Source: Mobula hypostoma (taxonomy: Eukaryota). Taken from it: 64,000 nt of DNA. A model generated the notes under the pieces. It was not told the DNA's origin. It did no database searches and worked only from the letters and a program-made list of their open reading frames with translations. Position 1 is the stretch's first letter. Every line of letters begins with the position of its first letter. The translations under genes were made by a program, and so were the position numbers. Below, one piece after another: positions 11,936-24,749 of this stretch. The stretch spans positions 22,444,001-22,508,000 of the forward strand of contig NC_086108.1 in the NCBI RefSeq assembly GCF_963921235.1. The letters run 5' to 3'.

Positions 11936-13429
11936 TAAGTAACTTCATTTGCCTCATTTTGAAAAAGGATCTCTAACTTGAAAAGTTAACTCTGTTCCTC
12001 TTCCCACAGATGTAGACTGACCTGCTGGTATTTCCAGTGTTTTTTTTCTGCTTTAGTTTTTGCTTTTGTGTTCTCTGGCTCTGTGACTGTAACTCGTTGG
12101 TTTGGTTTAACACTTCATCTGACCCACCGCACCCTCAATGCAATACTCCCCACACACTGAATTAGATGCTTGCCCCAAGAACACTCTCCGGTCTCTGAAA
12201 TGATTTTCAGGCACCTGATTAACAACTGGACAATGGTGTATTACCTCCTCTTATTGGAACTCTAATCTGGTTTGAGCAAAATCATTCCCTGTTGGGATCC
12301 AGGAACCTCTGCTGGAAAGTTGTATGGGTGGATACGTATTGGAAATAGCACTGGGATTGGACTGCCATTTCCAGTTTGTGCAAGGCTCAGGACTGAACAC
12401 TGGTTACTTACAGAGACAGCAGTAATCACCCTATCAGGCTTAGCTTGAAATTGTTGGGGGCAGGGGAGGAAGGGTGGGGTGGGTGTCACCTGCTTTAGAA
12501 TATTTCTGCTTGTGGAGACATCCATTTAAAAAAAAGAAAATAAAATGGGTAACATCATTGGAATTACAACCGACCGGGAGAGTCTGCACCGGGTTCACTT
12601 ACCACATGCTTAGAGGATTGACAGGAAAGTGTAATAAGGGAATGATTGTGTGGTTTTAAAGCAAGACCATTGAGGGCCTGGTATGGTTTATATTAAATAG
12701 CTGTTATCACACAGTCTGCTGTCCAGACATGTTGTACAAAACCTACTCCAGCAGGAAACATGTCTGAGTGGCTGTTACTGCTGGGAATGCAGCCAATCCC
12801 TGTCCAATCAGTAACCCATTCACCACAGTACTTCTCCACTTCAGGAGTTTAACACATCAAGTCTCTTACTGCTGCAGTCCTGTTGTATCATTTTAATTTG
12901 GATTGTCAATGTTATGAATGAAGACATAGGTATTATATGCTTTTTTATGGTGACTGGGGAAGATGGTGTTCAACCATAAGTGGTCAGCTGTGGGTCAGTA
13001 AATATTACTTTCATCTCTGCGTGATTCCTGCCTTACTACAGTACGAAAGGTAGGCTGGGATCGCAATGCAGAATCCAGGGATTCCTCTGTTACTGACAGA
13101 TAGGATGCTCAATTGACCTCTCATGAAGCACAAAAGATAACTCAAGCTGTGGAGTATTCCATGATGTTGCGGCCAATATTTATCCACCATCAACATTACT
13201 TTGGGCAAGAGATTTAAGAGGAATCTGAGAGAGATCACACAGAGTATTGAGTACCTGGAACATGCTTCAGGAGAGAGTGGTGGAAGCAGAGGTGATGACA
13301 GTATTTAAGAAACTTCTAGACGGGCATTTATATCACCTAGGCATAGAAGCCTGAAGACCAAATGCTGGAATGTGGGATTAATATAGACAGATGCACGTGA
13401 TGGGCCAAATGGCTTGTTTCCATTCTGTA

Positions 13430-14166
13430 GAGTGATCAATCGAGTCGAGTATGATGTTCTCCTAAGGGGTTGTCTCTTCAGGTGGCTGTAGAGTCCAGTC
13501 TGGGATCCACATAATCTAAACCCTGCCCCTTCCCAATTGCTGATTGCCATGGGACCTGCCCAGGACATTGTTGTGGATTCCATGAATGGAGAACGCCTGT
13601 GCGTGACTTTGCCTAAGGTGGGGAGGCTGATGCACAGGCAACCACCACGTGCTCCTTGACAGGTCATGGTCGGGGTGCAGAGGAAGTCTGGGGATTGGAG
13701 ACCCTTCTCTGCTGTAGCCTTCCTCTGCCTTCGCTGTTGTGACGTGTCATTATCATCCGCCAGCTCCACTGTTGAGGTCTTTGTCTGGAACTTCTTCCAT
13801 GATCTTAACTGCCTTGGTGCCAGGGGTTTTTGTGGACTTGGGTGACTTCTTCAAGCTCATCCGTGAGACGGTTTAAATCTGTTCCCATGTCTTTTTTTTC
13901 CTTTTCAAGGTGGCTGGGGTCCTGTTGGAGTCCATGATCTACAGATTTACATTCTTCATGGACGGTGGGTACTTGCTGTTCAGAACTCACCAAGCGGCCT
14001 GCATTTTGGATCTCAGGAGCAGCTTGAAAGACAAGTGCCTTCGGGGTGTGGCCTCGTAGATGACCCGATTCCTCATTGATGTTGCTGACTGAAGCATCGC
14101 AGTCAGCAAAACATCAAAACAGCAGATGTGGCTGCTGGAGGCCTTTACACTCAAGTGATTTTTTTT

Positions 14167-14213
<47 letters not shown>

Positions 14214-14763
14214 TCTGATTCTTGTGTTGGGGGAGCTCGAAATAAGCGACACCGTAACATTGAAACAGCGAGCTGCTGCCACCCCTCTCGCTGTGGCAGG
14301 AGCGGTACTTCCCTCTCCCTCGTTAGTGAGAGAGAGGGCCTGTTGAGACGTTGAAGAGTGGGATGGACAGTAGTTTGTGATGGTCCCCAGATCGTGGTCT
14401 CTGGGGGCTTGCTATTGCTTGGCGGGTGGTGGGGGGCTACTGATGCTTTTTGCTGGAACAAGTGGGGGGAGGATTGATGCTTTGCAGCTGTTTGTGCATG
14501 AGAGGGGGCAGAGACTTTGGGGTTCTAACATTTTTCTGTCATTCATTCTTTGGGGTTTTTTTCTCTCTGTTTCGTAGATGTCTGCGAAGAGTAAGGATTT
14601 CAGGTTATCTACTGTGATATTAAATTGAACCATTGAACCATTTGGTGACCCTACCAGGAACTAAGTGCCGGATGGCTAAACTCCAGATGGCATCACTCTG
14701 GGGATCTCAGACACTCACAAGGCTTTCCACCATGATGATAAGGTGGCAATCTGCAGAGAAGCC
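13430..14763 (-). mobile_element. Non-autonomous RTE-derived element, split by an insertion at 13820-14641
   Basis: Its 5' end (GGCTTCTCTGCAGATTGCCACCTT..GGTGG..CCTGGTAGGGTCACC) is homologous to the element at 19660-20082; no RT ORF. Confidence 0.65.
13820..14641 (+). mobile_element. Non-coding retroposed element with a (TTGAACCA)n tail and an internal (CT)n microsatellite (~14169-14209)
   Basis: 6-bp TSD TTGGTG at 13814-13819 and 14642-14647; ATTAAA followed by a short-repeat tail. Confidence 0.55.
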
Positions 14764-14979
14764 ATGCGGTATGACCGAAACGTAACTTGGCATTCTCTTC
14801 TTGCGATGCTTGACAGCTTGCTGCTTTTGTGATGTTACAACCATGAGTTCACATCAAAACGACATCATTGAGAATTTTAATAAAAACCCACCTGTGGAAG
14901 ATGCCAAAAAGTTCGGGCTTAGCTTTGATGATCATGATTGTGTGCTCACTGGGTGCAGAAGGCTGAGACATTTTTCTGT

Positions 14980-15770
14980 AGAAACACACAAAAATGCTGG
15001 CGGAACCTAGCAAGTCAGGCAGCATCTCTGGAAATGACTAAACAGTCGACGTTTCAGGTTGAGATCCTTCATCAGCACTGAGAAGGAAGGGGAGGACACT
15101 AGAATAAAAAGGTTGCGGGAGGGGAGAGGGGAAGGAGGCTAGCTGGAAAGTGAAAGGTGAAGCCAGGTGGGTGGGAAAGGTGAAAGGCTAGAGAAGAAGG
15201 ACTCTGATCGGAGAGGAGAGTGGACTGTGGGAGAAAAGCAAGGAGGAGGGGACCCAGGGGGAAGTGATAGGCAGGTGAGATGAGGTAGAGTGGGGAATAG
15301 TAGAAGATGAGGGGAAGGGGAGGAAAACAATTTTTTTTTACCCTGAAGGAGAAATTGATATTCATGCCACCAGGTTGGAGGCTACCCAGACGGAATATAA
15401 GGTGTTGCTCCTCCACTCCGCGGGTGGCCTTTTCTTGGCACAAGAGGAGGCCATGGACTGACACGTCGGAATGTGAATGGGAATTGGAATTAAAATGCTT
15501 AGCCACCAGGAAGTTACACTTGTGGCGGACGGAGCAGAGGTGCTCGATAAAGTGGTCCCCTAATCTATGACAAGCCTCACCAATGTAGAGGAGGCCGCAT
15601 CGGGAGCACTGGACACGATAGACGGCCCCAGCAGATTTGCAGGTGAAGTTTTGCCTCACATGAAAGAACTGTCTGGGGCCCTGAATGGAGGTGAGGGAGG
15701 AGGTGAATGGGCAGGTGTAACACATAGGCCACTTGCAGGGATAAGTGCTGGCAGGGAGATTAGAGGGAGA
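14980..15770 (-). mobile_element. Penelope-like element fragment (second, older subfamily): GIY-YIG domain plus tail
   Basis: ORF 15099..15725: CYTCP, AVYRVQCSRCGLLYIGE, EEQHLIFRLGSLQP. Confidence 0.85.
15044..15079 (-). ncRNA. Minimal hammerhead ribozyme (core intact, stem I mismatch)
   Basis: agtg CTGATGA aggatctcaacct GAAAC GTC gact. Confidence 0.65.
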
Positions 15771-16825
15771 CTATCTGTCTTTATGGTAGACAGAATAAAA
15801 AGCATTCCAACTTGTGCAGGGGACCAAAGAGCTTATCAGAGTGAAGAATGTAGAGTACTTAATTTTAGTATAAAAATTACTTAGGAAACTAATTAGATTA
15901 AAAGTTGGCAAATGCCCTGTTGGCTACATAGCGTTTTAAAAGAGCTTGTTTCAGATATAATGGAGGGATTGGTGTAAGATCATAAAATTCCTGATGAATT
16001 TGGAAGTAGCAAATGGAACACTACTATTCAAGGAAGGAAAAACCTGAAAATACAGGCCTGTTCGTCTCATGTCTGCTGCCAGAAAGTTCTGGAGTCTATT
16101 ACCTGAATAAATAGGTCAACAGGAAAGGTTTAGAAGAGGGATATGGATGAAACGTGAGCAAGTGGGATTAGCTCATTTGACAAGCTGGCCCTGTTGCCCT
16201 GCTGTATTATTCTAGGACACTATGACCATAAGGCAGATGAGCAGAATTGGGCCATTGGGCCTATTGAGTTGCTCCACCATTTCATCATGGCTGATCCATT
16301 TCCGTCTCAGCCCCAATCTCCCTGTAACCTTTCACACCCTGAAAGATGAAGCATCTATCAGCCTCTGCCTTAAATACACCCAATGACCTGGACTGCACAG
16401 CTGCCTAAGGCAACGAATTCCACAGATTCACCACCTTTTGGCTAAAGAAATTCCTCCTCAACTCTGTTCTAAATGGATGTGCTTATATTTAGAGGCTCTG
16501 CTATGGTCCCCACCATAGGAAGTATTTTCTTAATTCCAGCAAGTACAGGCCCAGAGCCTTTAATCACTGCTTTTATGATAGTTCTTTCATTCCTGGAATC
16601 ATTCTCATGAACCTCCTCTGAAATCTCTCCAATGTCAGCACATCCTTTCTTAGATAAGAGGCCCAAACTGCTCACAATACTCCAAGTGAGGCCTTATCAG
16701 TGCCTTACAAAGCCTCAGCATTACCTCCTTGTTTTTCATTCTTGTCCTCTCAAAATGAATGCTAACATCACATGTGCCTTCCTTACCACTGACTCAACCT
16801 GCAAACTAACCTTTAGGGAATCCTT

Positions 16826-17485
16826 AAACAACAGGAAATCTGCAGATGCTGGAATTTCAAGCAACACACATAAAAGTTGCTGGTGAACGCAGCAGGCCAG
16901 GCAGCATCTGTAGGAAGAGGTGCAGTCGACGTTTCAGGCCGACACCCTTCGTCAGGACTAACTGAAGGAAGAGTGAGTAAGAGATTTGAAAGTTGGAGGG
17001 GGAGGGGGAGATCCAAAATGATAGGAGAAGACAGGAGGGGGAGGGATAGAGCCAAGAGCTGGACAGGTGATTGGCAAAAGGGGATACGAGAGGATCATGG
17101 GACAGGAAGTCCGGGAAGAAAGACGGGGGGGGGGGGACCCAGAGGATGGGCAAGAGGTATATTCAGAGGGACAGAGGGAGAAAAAGGAGAGTGAGAGAAA
17201 GAATGTGTGCATAAAAATAAGTAACAGATGGGGTACGAGGGGGAGGTGGGGCCTTAGCGGAAGTTAGAGAAGTCGATGTTCATGCCATCAGGTTGGAGGC
17301 TACCCAGACGGAATATAAGGTGTTGTTCCTCCAACCTGAGTGTGGCTTCATCTTTACAGTAGAGGAGGCCGTGGATAGACATGTCAGAATGGGAATGGGA
17401 TGTGGAATTAAAATGTGTGGCCACTGGGAGATCCTGCTTTCTCTGGCGGACAGAGCGTAGATGTTCAGCAAAGGGGTCTCCCAGG
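16826..17485 (-). mobile_element. 5'-truncated Penelope-like element
   Basis: Nearly identical to 37244-37860; short duplication ATCCTT at 16820-16825 and 17486-17491. Confidence 0.88.
16924..16959 (-). ncRNA. Minimal type-I hammerhead ribozyme, best-preserved copy
   Basis: agtc CTGACGA agggtgtcggcct GAAAC GTC gact: stem I agtc/gact, stem II agg/cct, conserved CUGANGA and GAAA, palindromic ACGU in place of stem III, GUC cleavage triplet. Confidence 0.8.
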
Positions 17486-18184
17486 ATCCTTCATGAGGAC
17501 TCCCAGGTCCATTTGCAGCTTGGATTTTTGAATTTTCTCTCCATTTAGAGAATAGTCCATCCTTTTATTCCTTCTACCAAAGTGCATGACCACACACTTC
17601 CCAACACTGTATTCCATTTGCCACTTCTTTTCCTATTCTCCCAATTTGTCCAAGTCCTTCTGCAGCCTTCCTGCTTCCTCAACACTACCTGTCCCTCCAC
17701 TCATCTTCATATCACCTGCAAACTTCCCCACAAAGCCATCAATTCCATCATCCAAATCATTGACATATGATGTAAAAAGAAGCAGTCCCAACACTGACAC
17801 CTGCGGAACATCTCAAATCACCAGTAGTCAACCAGAGAAGGTTACCTTCATTCCCTTGAACACTTGAGTTAAGCAGAGTACCATTATTCATCAGAAAAAA
17901 ATATATTTGATAAAGCTATAAGAAGTTTGTAAGGATGAGTCTTGAAACTCAATAAATGAATGCCTGTGAACATGATATATTTAGATTTTCAAAGGCTTTT
18001 TGACAAGTTGTCACATAAAACGTTACTCAAGATAAAGACTCATGGTATGGAGGGTAATAAATGAATGTGAAAAGAGGTTGATTCACTAAGAAAACAGAAT
18101 AAAGCATCAATTTTAAGTTAGGCACTTACAATGGAATGTTTCAAGAATTAGTGCATGGATCCCATCTATTTCTGAACTACGTAG

Positions 18185-18900
18185 GGTCATAGAGAAGTAC
18201 AGCACAGAAACAGGCCCTTTGGCCCACCTCCCATTGACCTGCACCGGAAGTAACCCTCCATACCCTTTCCATCCATGTACCTATTCCAACTCCTCTTAAA
18301 TGTTGAACCAAGTTCACATGCACCACTTCTGTTGGTAGCTCATTCCACACTCTCATGATCCTCTGAGTGAAGAAGCTTCCCCTCATGTTCCCCTCAAACT
18401 TTTCACCTTTCACCCTTAACCCACGACCTCTGATTGTAGTCCCTCCCGACCTCAGTGGAAAAAGCCTGCTTGCATTACCCTATCTATGATTTTGTATAGC
18501 TCCATCAAATCTTTTCTCAATCTACTATATTATAAGGAATACAGTCCAAATCTATTCAATCTTTCCTCATAACTTAAGTCCTCCAGACCTGGCAACATCC
18601 TTGTAAATTTTCTCTTCACTCTTTCAACCTTATTTACATCATTTCTGTAGACAGGTGACCAAAACTGTACACAATACTGCAAATTAGGCCTTACCAATGT
18701 CTTGTACAACTTCAAGATAACATCCCCTCTTCTGCACTCAATACATTGATACATTGATTTACAAAGGCCAGTGTGCCAAAAGCTTTCTTTACAACTTACC
18801 TGTGACACCACTTTCAACAAATTATGGGCCTGTATTCCCAGGTCCCTTTGTTCTACTGCACTCCTCAGTGCCCTGCCATTCATTGTGTAAGTCCTACCTA
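18185..18900 (-). mobile_element. CR1 LINE 3' fragment
   Basis: ORFs 18530..18883 and 18177..18413: LYKTLVRPNLQYCVQFWSP, FFTQRIMRVWNELP. Confidence 0.85.
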
Positions 18901-19659
18901 TAACTTAAAGTGAAGAGACTGATTATACGGCATTTTAACTCGGGATTGATATTGTGTTCCTGTGCTGTTTTGTTTTCTGTCTAAGTATCTGATATTTCAA
19001 AGCATGGGAATTGAGCCAGTTAGTAAAATCAATGTAAAGTGGGGGACATGCAGCATGCTTGAAAAGGAAAGAAGCTTTGAAGGTTTTATAGCTAAAATAG
19101 GCAATGGAGATGAGGGGAGGGGAGTTGAAGGCAATGGGGAGCATTTTAAATGGGAGCAGATCAACAAATACATTGTAAGTCCATCAGATATTGGATCACT
19201 GGGTAGGTCACTCAGTTCTGGCTCTCCTCTTCTTCCTAAGTGCCACCATTAAACCACTGACCTCTCCTTATCTGCCTGGTAACCCCAGTTTCACCCTACC
19301 ACAGATACTCCCTTTATTCCACCTACTCCTCTCCCCACCTCCGCAATTTAAAGATGACTTTTTCTTTCTCTCTTTTCCAGTTCTGAATATGTGCCTGAAA
19401 TATTAACCCACTTTCTCTTTCCACACATGCATTCTGACCTGCTGCATTTTTCAAGCAGTTTTAATTTTCATTTATGATTTCCAGCATCTGCAGTAACAAT
19501 GAAATAGGAAGGCCAGTGGTCACAAAAAATTAACACAATTACTGTGATCGGCTTGGGAGAGGGATTGCATGAAATTGTGTAGAATGGGACAATATTTTCT
19601 CAAGTTTAATTGAATGAATGCTGATTATTGAAGTGTACACAATAACCTGGTAGGGTGAT

Positions 19660-20082
19660 CTTCTCTGTGGATTGTCACCTTGTCATGGTGGAGAAGCTTG
19701 TGTGGTCCTGTGATCCCGAGAGCAATGCCGTCTGGAGCTATGCTCCTGGTAGGGTTACCCATGGCGATAAGGTCAAGGGTGAGGTCCCTGACAAAGAACA
19801 ATCCAACCGAGACCTCAGCGGTGGAATAGGTGGACGAAGTTACTTCGAACTCAACGGCTGTGAAGGCAGATGAAGGCTGCAACAAATCCATCAGCTCCAA
19901 TCATCATGGTTTCCATGCCATTGGAATCAGTTGGTTGATTTGTGAAGTATTGCGTGCTTCTTGGAGTGCAACATCAAGTACATGTTAAACAAATACATGC
20001 ACAGGCGTCTTCACTCTGTGGGCCACTTCTTCAGATTGAAGACCATCATCCTCAACCTCGAGGGATAGCTACGATGACGACA
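19660..20082 (+). mobile_element. 423-bp non-autonomous RTE derivative (RTE 5' end joined to 3' end)
   Basis: 10-bp TSD GTAGGGTGAT at 19650-19659 and 20083-20092. RTE/Expander-type 5' motif (CACCTTGTCATGGTGGAG..CCTGGTAGGGTTACCCATGG..GACAAAG); (GAT/GAC)n tail. Confidence 0.75.
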
Positions 20083-20110
20083 GTAGGGTGATGTTAACAA
20101 ATAGGTTCAC

Positions 20111-20258
20111 AAACAAGAGAAAATCTGCAGATGCTGGAAATCCAAAGCAACACACACAAAATGCCGGAAGAACTCAGCAGGTCAGGCAGCATACGAAAAA
20201 GAGTAAATAACCGACTTTTTGGGCTGAGACCCTTCATCAGGACGTTTTGTGTGTGTAT
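20111..20258 (-). mobile_element. 148-bp Penelope tail insertion with a decayed hammerhead and a short inverted stub
   Basis: 19-bp TSD TGTTAACAAATAGGTTCAC at 20092-20110 and 20259-20277. Confidence 0.8.
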
Positions 20259-22191
20259 TGTTAACAAATAGGTTCACTTAGGTGAAATGTCTTGAACTCT
20301 GGTTGTGTTGTCTAATGATCAGCAGTTACACATTTAGTTTTAGATGCAAAGAAACTCTTAACACCAGAGGTTTCTACTGCAGAAGGCTGTGAGGCTTAGA
20401 TGTTGATAATATTCAAGACCGAGAGCAATAGAGTTTTGGAATGAAAGCATGTGGGGATTGAGCAATGAAGTGGAATGCAGATAGTTCTGAACTTCTTGAA
20501 TAATGGAGCAGACTTCATAGCCTATTGCACCTACATTTTAATGTTCACTGTTTTTCTCAAAAGTTTACTGAAGAAATTTACTGCTGGAAATTGGACTACA
20601 TGATCAACTGTCTCATTGATTGGATTTGCTGGTCATCCTTGGATTTATACCTGTAACCATTTGGGTTTCTTCCACGTGCACTGGTTGCCTCTCACACTTG
20701 AAAGGTGTCTGAGCTGGGGTCAGTGAATTGCAGGTCTGCTACGTTGGCTCTGGAAGTGTGGTGACACTTGCTGGCAGCCCCAGTACTCACTTGGACTGCG
20801 TTGGTCATTGAGCCAAATGATGCTTTCACAGTATGTTTCAATGTTTTGACTTACATGTGACAAATAAAGCTTCCCACTCCCAAATCTTTACATCTTGATA
20901 TTCAGATGTTGTCCTTTGGCAATGTCCTGTGGAGCAGAGTAGCTACACAACACACATCTATGACATCTCCCCGGCCCCTCTGATGTCATGATATTGTCAC
21001 AATTCAGACACCCAAGTCAGGTTAAATAGAAATTTGGGCCAAAAAAACGAGAAAGCCAAAGCCACAAATTCTGTTTCCTAGTCACCTACTCTGCCTGTCT
21101 CCTTGGCAACGGTCTGAGACTGTTTGCAACCTCTCATTATACTTGACTCTGAGGTGTGTTTATATCTGTATATCCACAATGTCAATAAAATTGTCTACTT
21201 CCACCTCTGTGGTATTACCCAACTCTACAATGACTTAGCTCAACTGTCAGTGAAACCCTCATTCAGGTTGTTCTTAATTCCAGACCTGCCTGTTCCAGTA
21301 AACTGAAGGCTGTGATCCCATCTTCCACGCTCCAAAAATATAAGAATATTCACAATTCTCTTGTGCATGTCCTAGCTTGTAATGTACCGTCATGATTTCT
21401 GAACAGTTGGATAATGAATGTTTACTGTACCTCAGCATGTAACAAACTAGTTTACCAATTTATTAGAATCTTATTGTAGTTAGCATTGGAAGTCAATTTA
21501 AGTGAAAGTGTTATTTTTGGATTAGATTAACTATTATCCAATCATGTTGATACTATGGCTCCCACGTCAATTGTCAAAGTCAAAGTCATACTGTCATATG
21601 CACAAGTGCATATACGAAAAGGTGTAATAAAATAATTAACTTGCTGCAGCATCACAAAGTATCATATAAGCAGTATTCACACAAAAACATAAATTATACA
21701 GGATTTTTACAAGAAAGAACAAAATTAGACCAAAAGAAAGCATAGCCCATTGCAGTGCAAGGAGATTCAAGTGGTCATAGTGTTGTTATACTGGGGCAGT
21801 GACCAGGGTTGTGCTGGTTGGTTCAAGAGCTGAATGGTTCTTGAAGATTCATACTGTTAGAAATCCAGAAGTATCACACAGAGGTAGACTTCCATGACCG
21901 ATGCTGCCTGGAATTAGAGCACAGCATTAACACACTGCAGTGATTCCCCATCAATGCTCCATGATGTTCAGTCAAAGTAAGATTACAACTAAGAAGTGCT
22001 TAGATATTATGTTTATAATTTGATATATCTTGCATTGCATCAGGGAAAACGAAATAGCAGCTGACTCCTCACCTCCTGCCACTGCACGTATAGTAGTGGT
22101 TAGTTTGGATGTGACATTTTGACAAATAAATCATTAGCATTGCAACAGGGTAGAGGGCTAGAGGTAAGGGTAGGCCCCGGCTGGGATAGCC

Positions 22192-23030
22192 TGTTACGTA
22201 CCCCGTAACTGGGTTGCCAAACCAGCAGAAATGGATCACTCAGTTGGAGTCTGGATTACTAGAACTAAGAAAGTTTTATTAAAGAAACAAGCAACACAGT
22301 ACTCTAATCAAAAGGATAATGAATGCAACAGTTCAGCAATGATAAACATACATGTACACAGAATTAAGATAACAGGATCAATCAAGCTCTATTGTTGTCT
22401 AGGGGTAAATGACCAGTTTCAAAGTAACGCAAAGTTCAGTTCAGTTCGCGGTAATCGCTGCCGTGGCAATGGACAGTGGTGGGGGGGGGGGAGGAGAGAG
22501 AGAGCAAAAACGAATGAATATTCAAGGCTTCCACACACAGACCTTCGCAGTCAGCTTTCGGGTGAGTCCTTTGTGATGTCATCTGAGGTCACCGACCGTG
22601 ACCCCTCCGTTTCCAGACACGACCGTTTCCCTGCGCTGAACCTGGCACCCAGGCAAGGGTGGACACACACCAGGTTCCCGCCGATCGTACCTTTCCACCC
22701 TGTGCGTTTATGGCCCGGTACTTCCCACCGACTTGTAAGAGACGCACCGCTTCCAGGGTCTTGTTACCTCGGGTGTCGTGTGTGTCCTGCCTTAGCGAAC
22801 CCGTCCCTTTTTATCCCCCTGCTGGGGTATCGCCTGTCCATCACTTCAAACAGTTCAGGGTTCAAAGGGAGAGCCGCTCTAGACAGCTCTCTCTCCCGTC
22901 CCTTCATTACACATCTCCAAATGCTGCTCCATTGTTTTCCTTATCTCTCTCTCTCCTGAAGACAGGTGGCAGACCAACTGTCGATTCCACAGGACAGCTA
23001 ACATCTTAATCTATGTGTATTCCTGTCACA
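22192..23030 (-). mobile_element. Solo LTR (839 bp), probably Gypsy-type
   Basis: TGT...ACA termini; 4-bp TSD AGCC at 22188-22191 and 23031-23034; AATAAA and a TATA-like motif on the minus strand. Confidence 0.85.
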
Positions 23031-24749
23031 AGCCATACACAGTTTCAGCTCCAGACAATTCAGAAAAGCACTATGATAGGACAAAGGTGGTTTGGCATAA
23101 ACAACAAACCGTGTAGGTCCTCCCTAATGGTCTGAGCAAAGAAGTTAGGAGACAAAGAAGCTCATAGAGTTGTAGCATTGGATAGCATAGAAATAGGCCC
23201 TTCAGCCAACTATGTCTATGCTGATCATTATGACTATCCACAGTATATTAATCCTACTGGCATTCATTCTATATTTCCTCTAGGCCCTATCCATTCAAGT
23301 TCCTATCAAGATGTCTCTTATGGTGGTCCTGGTCCTGTCTCCACCACTTCCACTGGCTGCTCATTCCAGATGCCAAATGCTTTTCATGTGAAAGATTTCC
23401 CTCTTGGATCCCCTTTCAACCTCCTCCTTAAAATGATGTCTGAGTTTTAGACATGCCTGACATAGGAAACAGACTCTTTCTGCCTTTCTGTGTCTCTCAA
23501 AACGTTATATAACTTCCTTCATTCGGTGGGGAGGACGAAAAGGGCAAGCCTTATCCAATTCTCAGCTCTTCAGTCTTACACACATCAGCAGAGAGCCTAG
23601 CTTGTACGTGACGGGAATTACATTTATAGACCCAGTCTAATAGACAATTTCTCAGTTTTTTATTGCAACCAAGCCAAAAACTATCCATGGTAAACATGGA
23701 AACAAAGTGGAAATTCAGACTTATGGCATGCAGGTTTAGGTCATGATGTTGAGTACCACAGTTCAAAGCATTATTCAAAGTTATTCCAACAATTTACAAG
23801 GATTAATGCCCTGGGGGAATAATAGTGGCTCCTCAGAACAGGATTGCCTATCTTTGCTGAAAATGATGGCTTTGTGATCACATCACTGGTACTCTTCTAG
23901 TCTCATTGCCTGTCAGTCAAATCATCCAAATGACTGACACAATCATGTGTTCTGAGGCTAGGCCACATGAGCTCACAGGTCTGTGACTTTTTTCAATCCT
24001 TCAATAAGCTTTAGTGCAGCTATTACAGAACCTTGTAGGAGTCGGAGACGGATATCTAAACTAGAGGTAGGAAATAATAGTATGTGGAGCTGACAGTCAT
24101 ATTTTATGGCCTAGTGTATATGATTTGGAAAGATAATTTGATTTTCCATTGAAAATGAAGATCAGTAGTAGAATGAGAAACATGGTGAAGGGTGCCACAG
24201 TAGCACAACGGTTAGCAAAATGCTTCACAGCACCAGGGATGCAGGTTCAATTCCCATCACTGTCTGTAATTCCCACAGCAAGTTGTGAGCCTGGTATGCT
24301 GGTGCCAGAAACGTGGCTACACTCGCAGGCTGCTCCCAGCATGCCCTCAGACAGCACGTTTCACTATCTTTCAATGCCTCAATGGACATGTGACAAACAA
24401 AGGTAATCTTTATGGAATTAGGAGAAATGTATTTATTTTTATTTGCTAATCATATGTGGACCATTGCAGGTCAACATTCAATGATAATCCCAAGGAGGTG
24501 ACAGTGAGCCACCTCCTAGTCTGGCTCTTTGTCTGTTGCAGTGAAGGTTCTCTCATGATTCTGTAAAGCACAGATTTTGGAATTTGACCTGGGGAACAGA
24601 GAGATAGGTGTAAAATTCATTTCCAAGTCAGGCTGGCATTTCCCTTGGAGGTGAACTTGTGAATGCTGGTGTGCCGACACAACTGTTCCCTTTATCCTTT
24701 AGGGGTGTGAATCTTGCCGTCATAGAATGATAGAGGGTTTAAGACACAG

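Larger units (their letters stand above)
16225..17860 (-). mobile_element. CR1 LINE 3' part, degraded, interrupted by a PLE
   Basis: CR1 3' UTR and decayed RT C-terminal sequence on both sides of the PLE at 16826-17485. Confidence 0.8.

Noticed and set aside
22231..23009. 242-aa and 116-aa ORFs
   Set aside because: They lie entirely within a solo LTR and show no gag, pol or env motifs.
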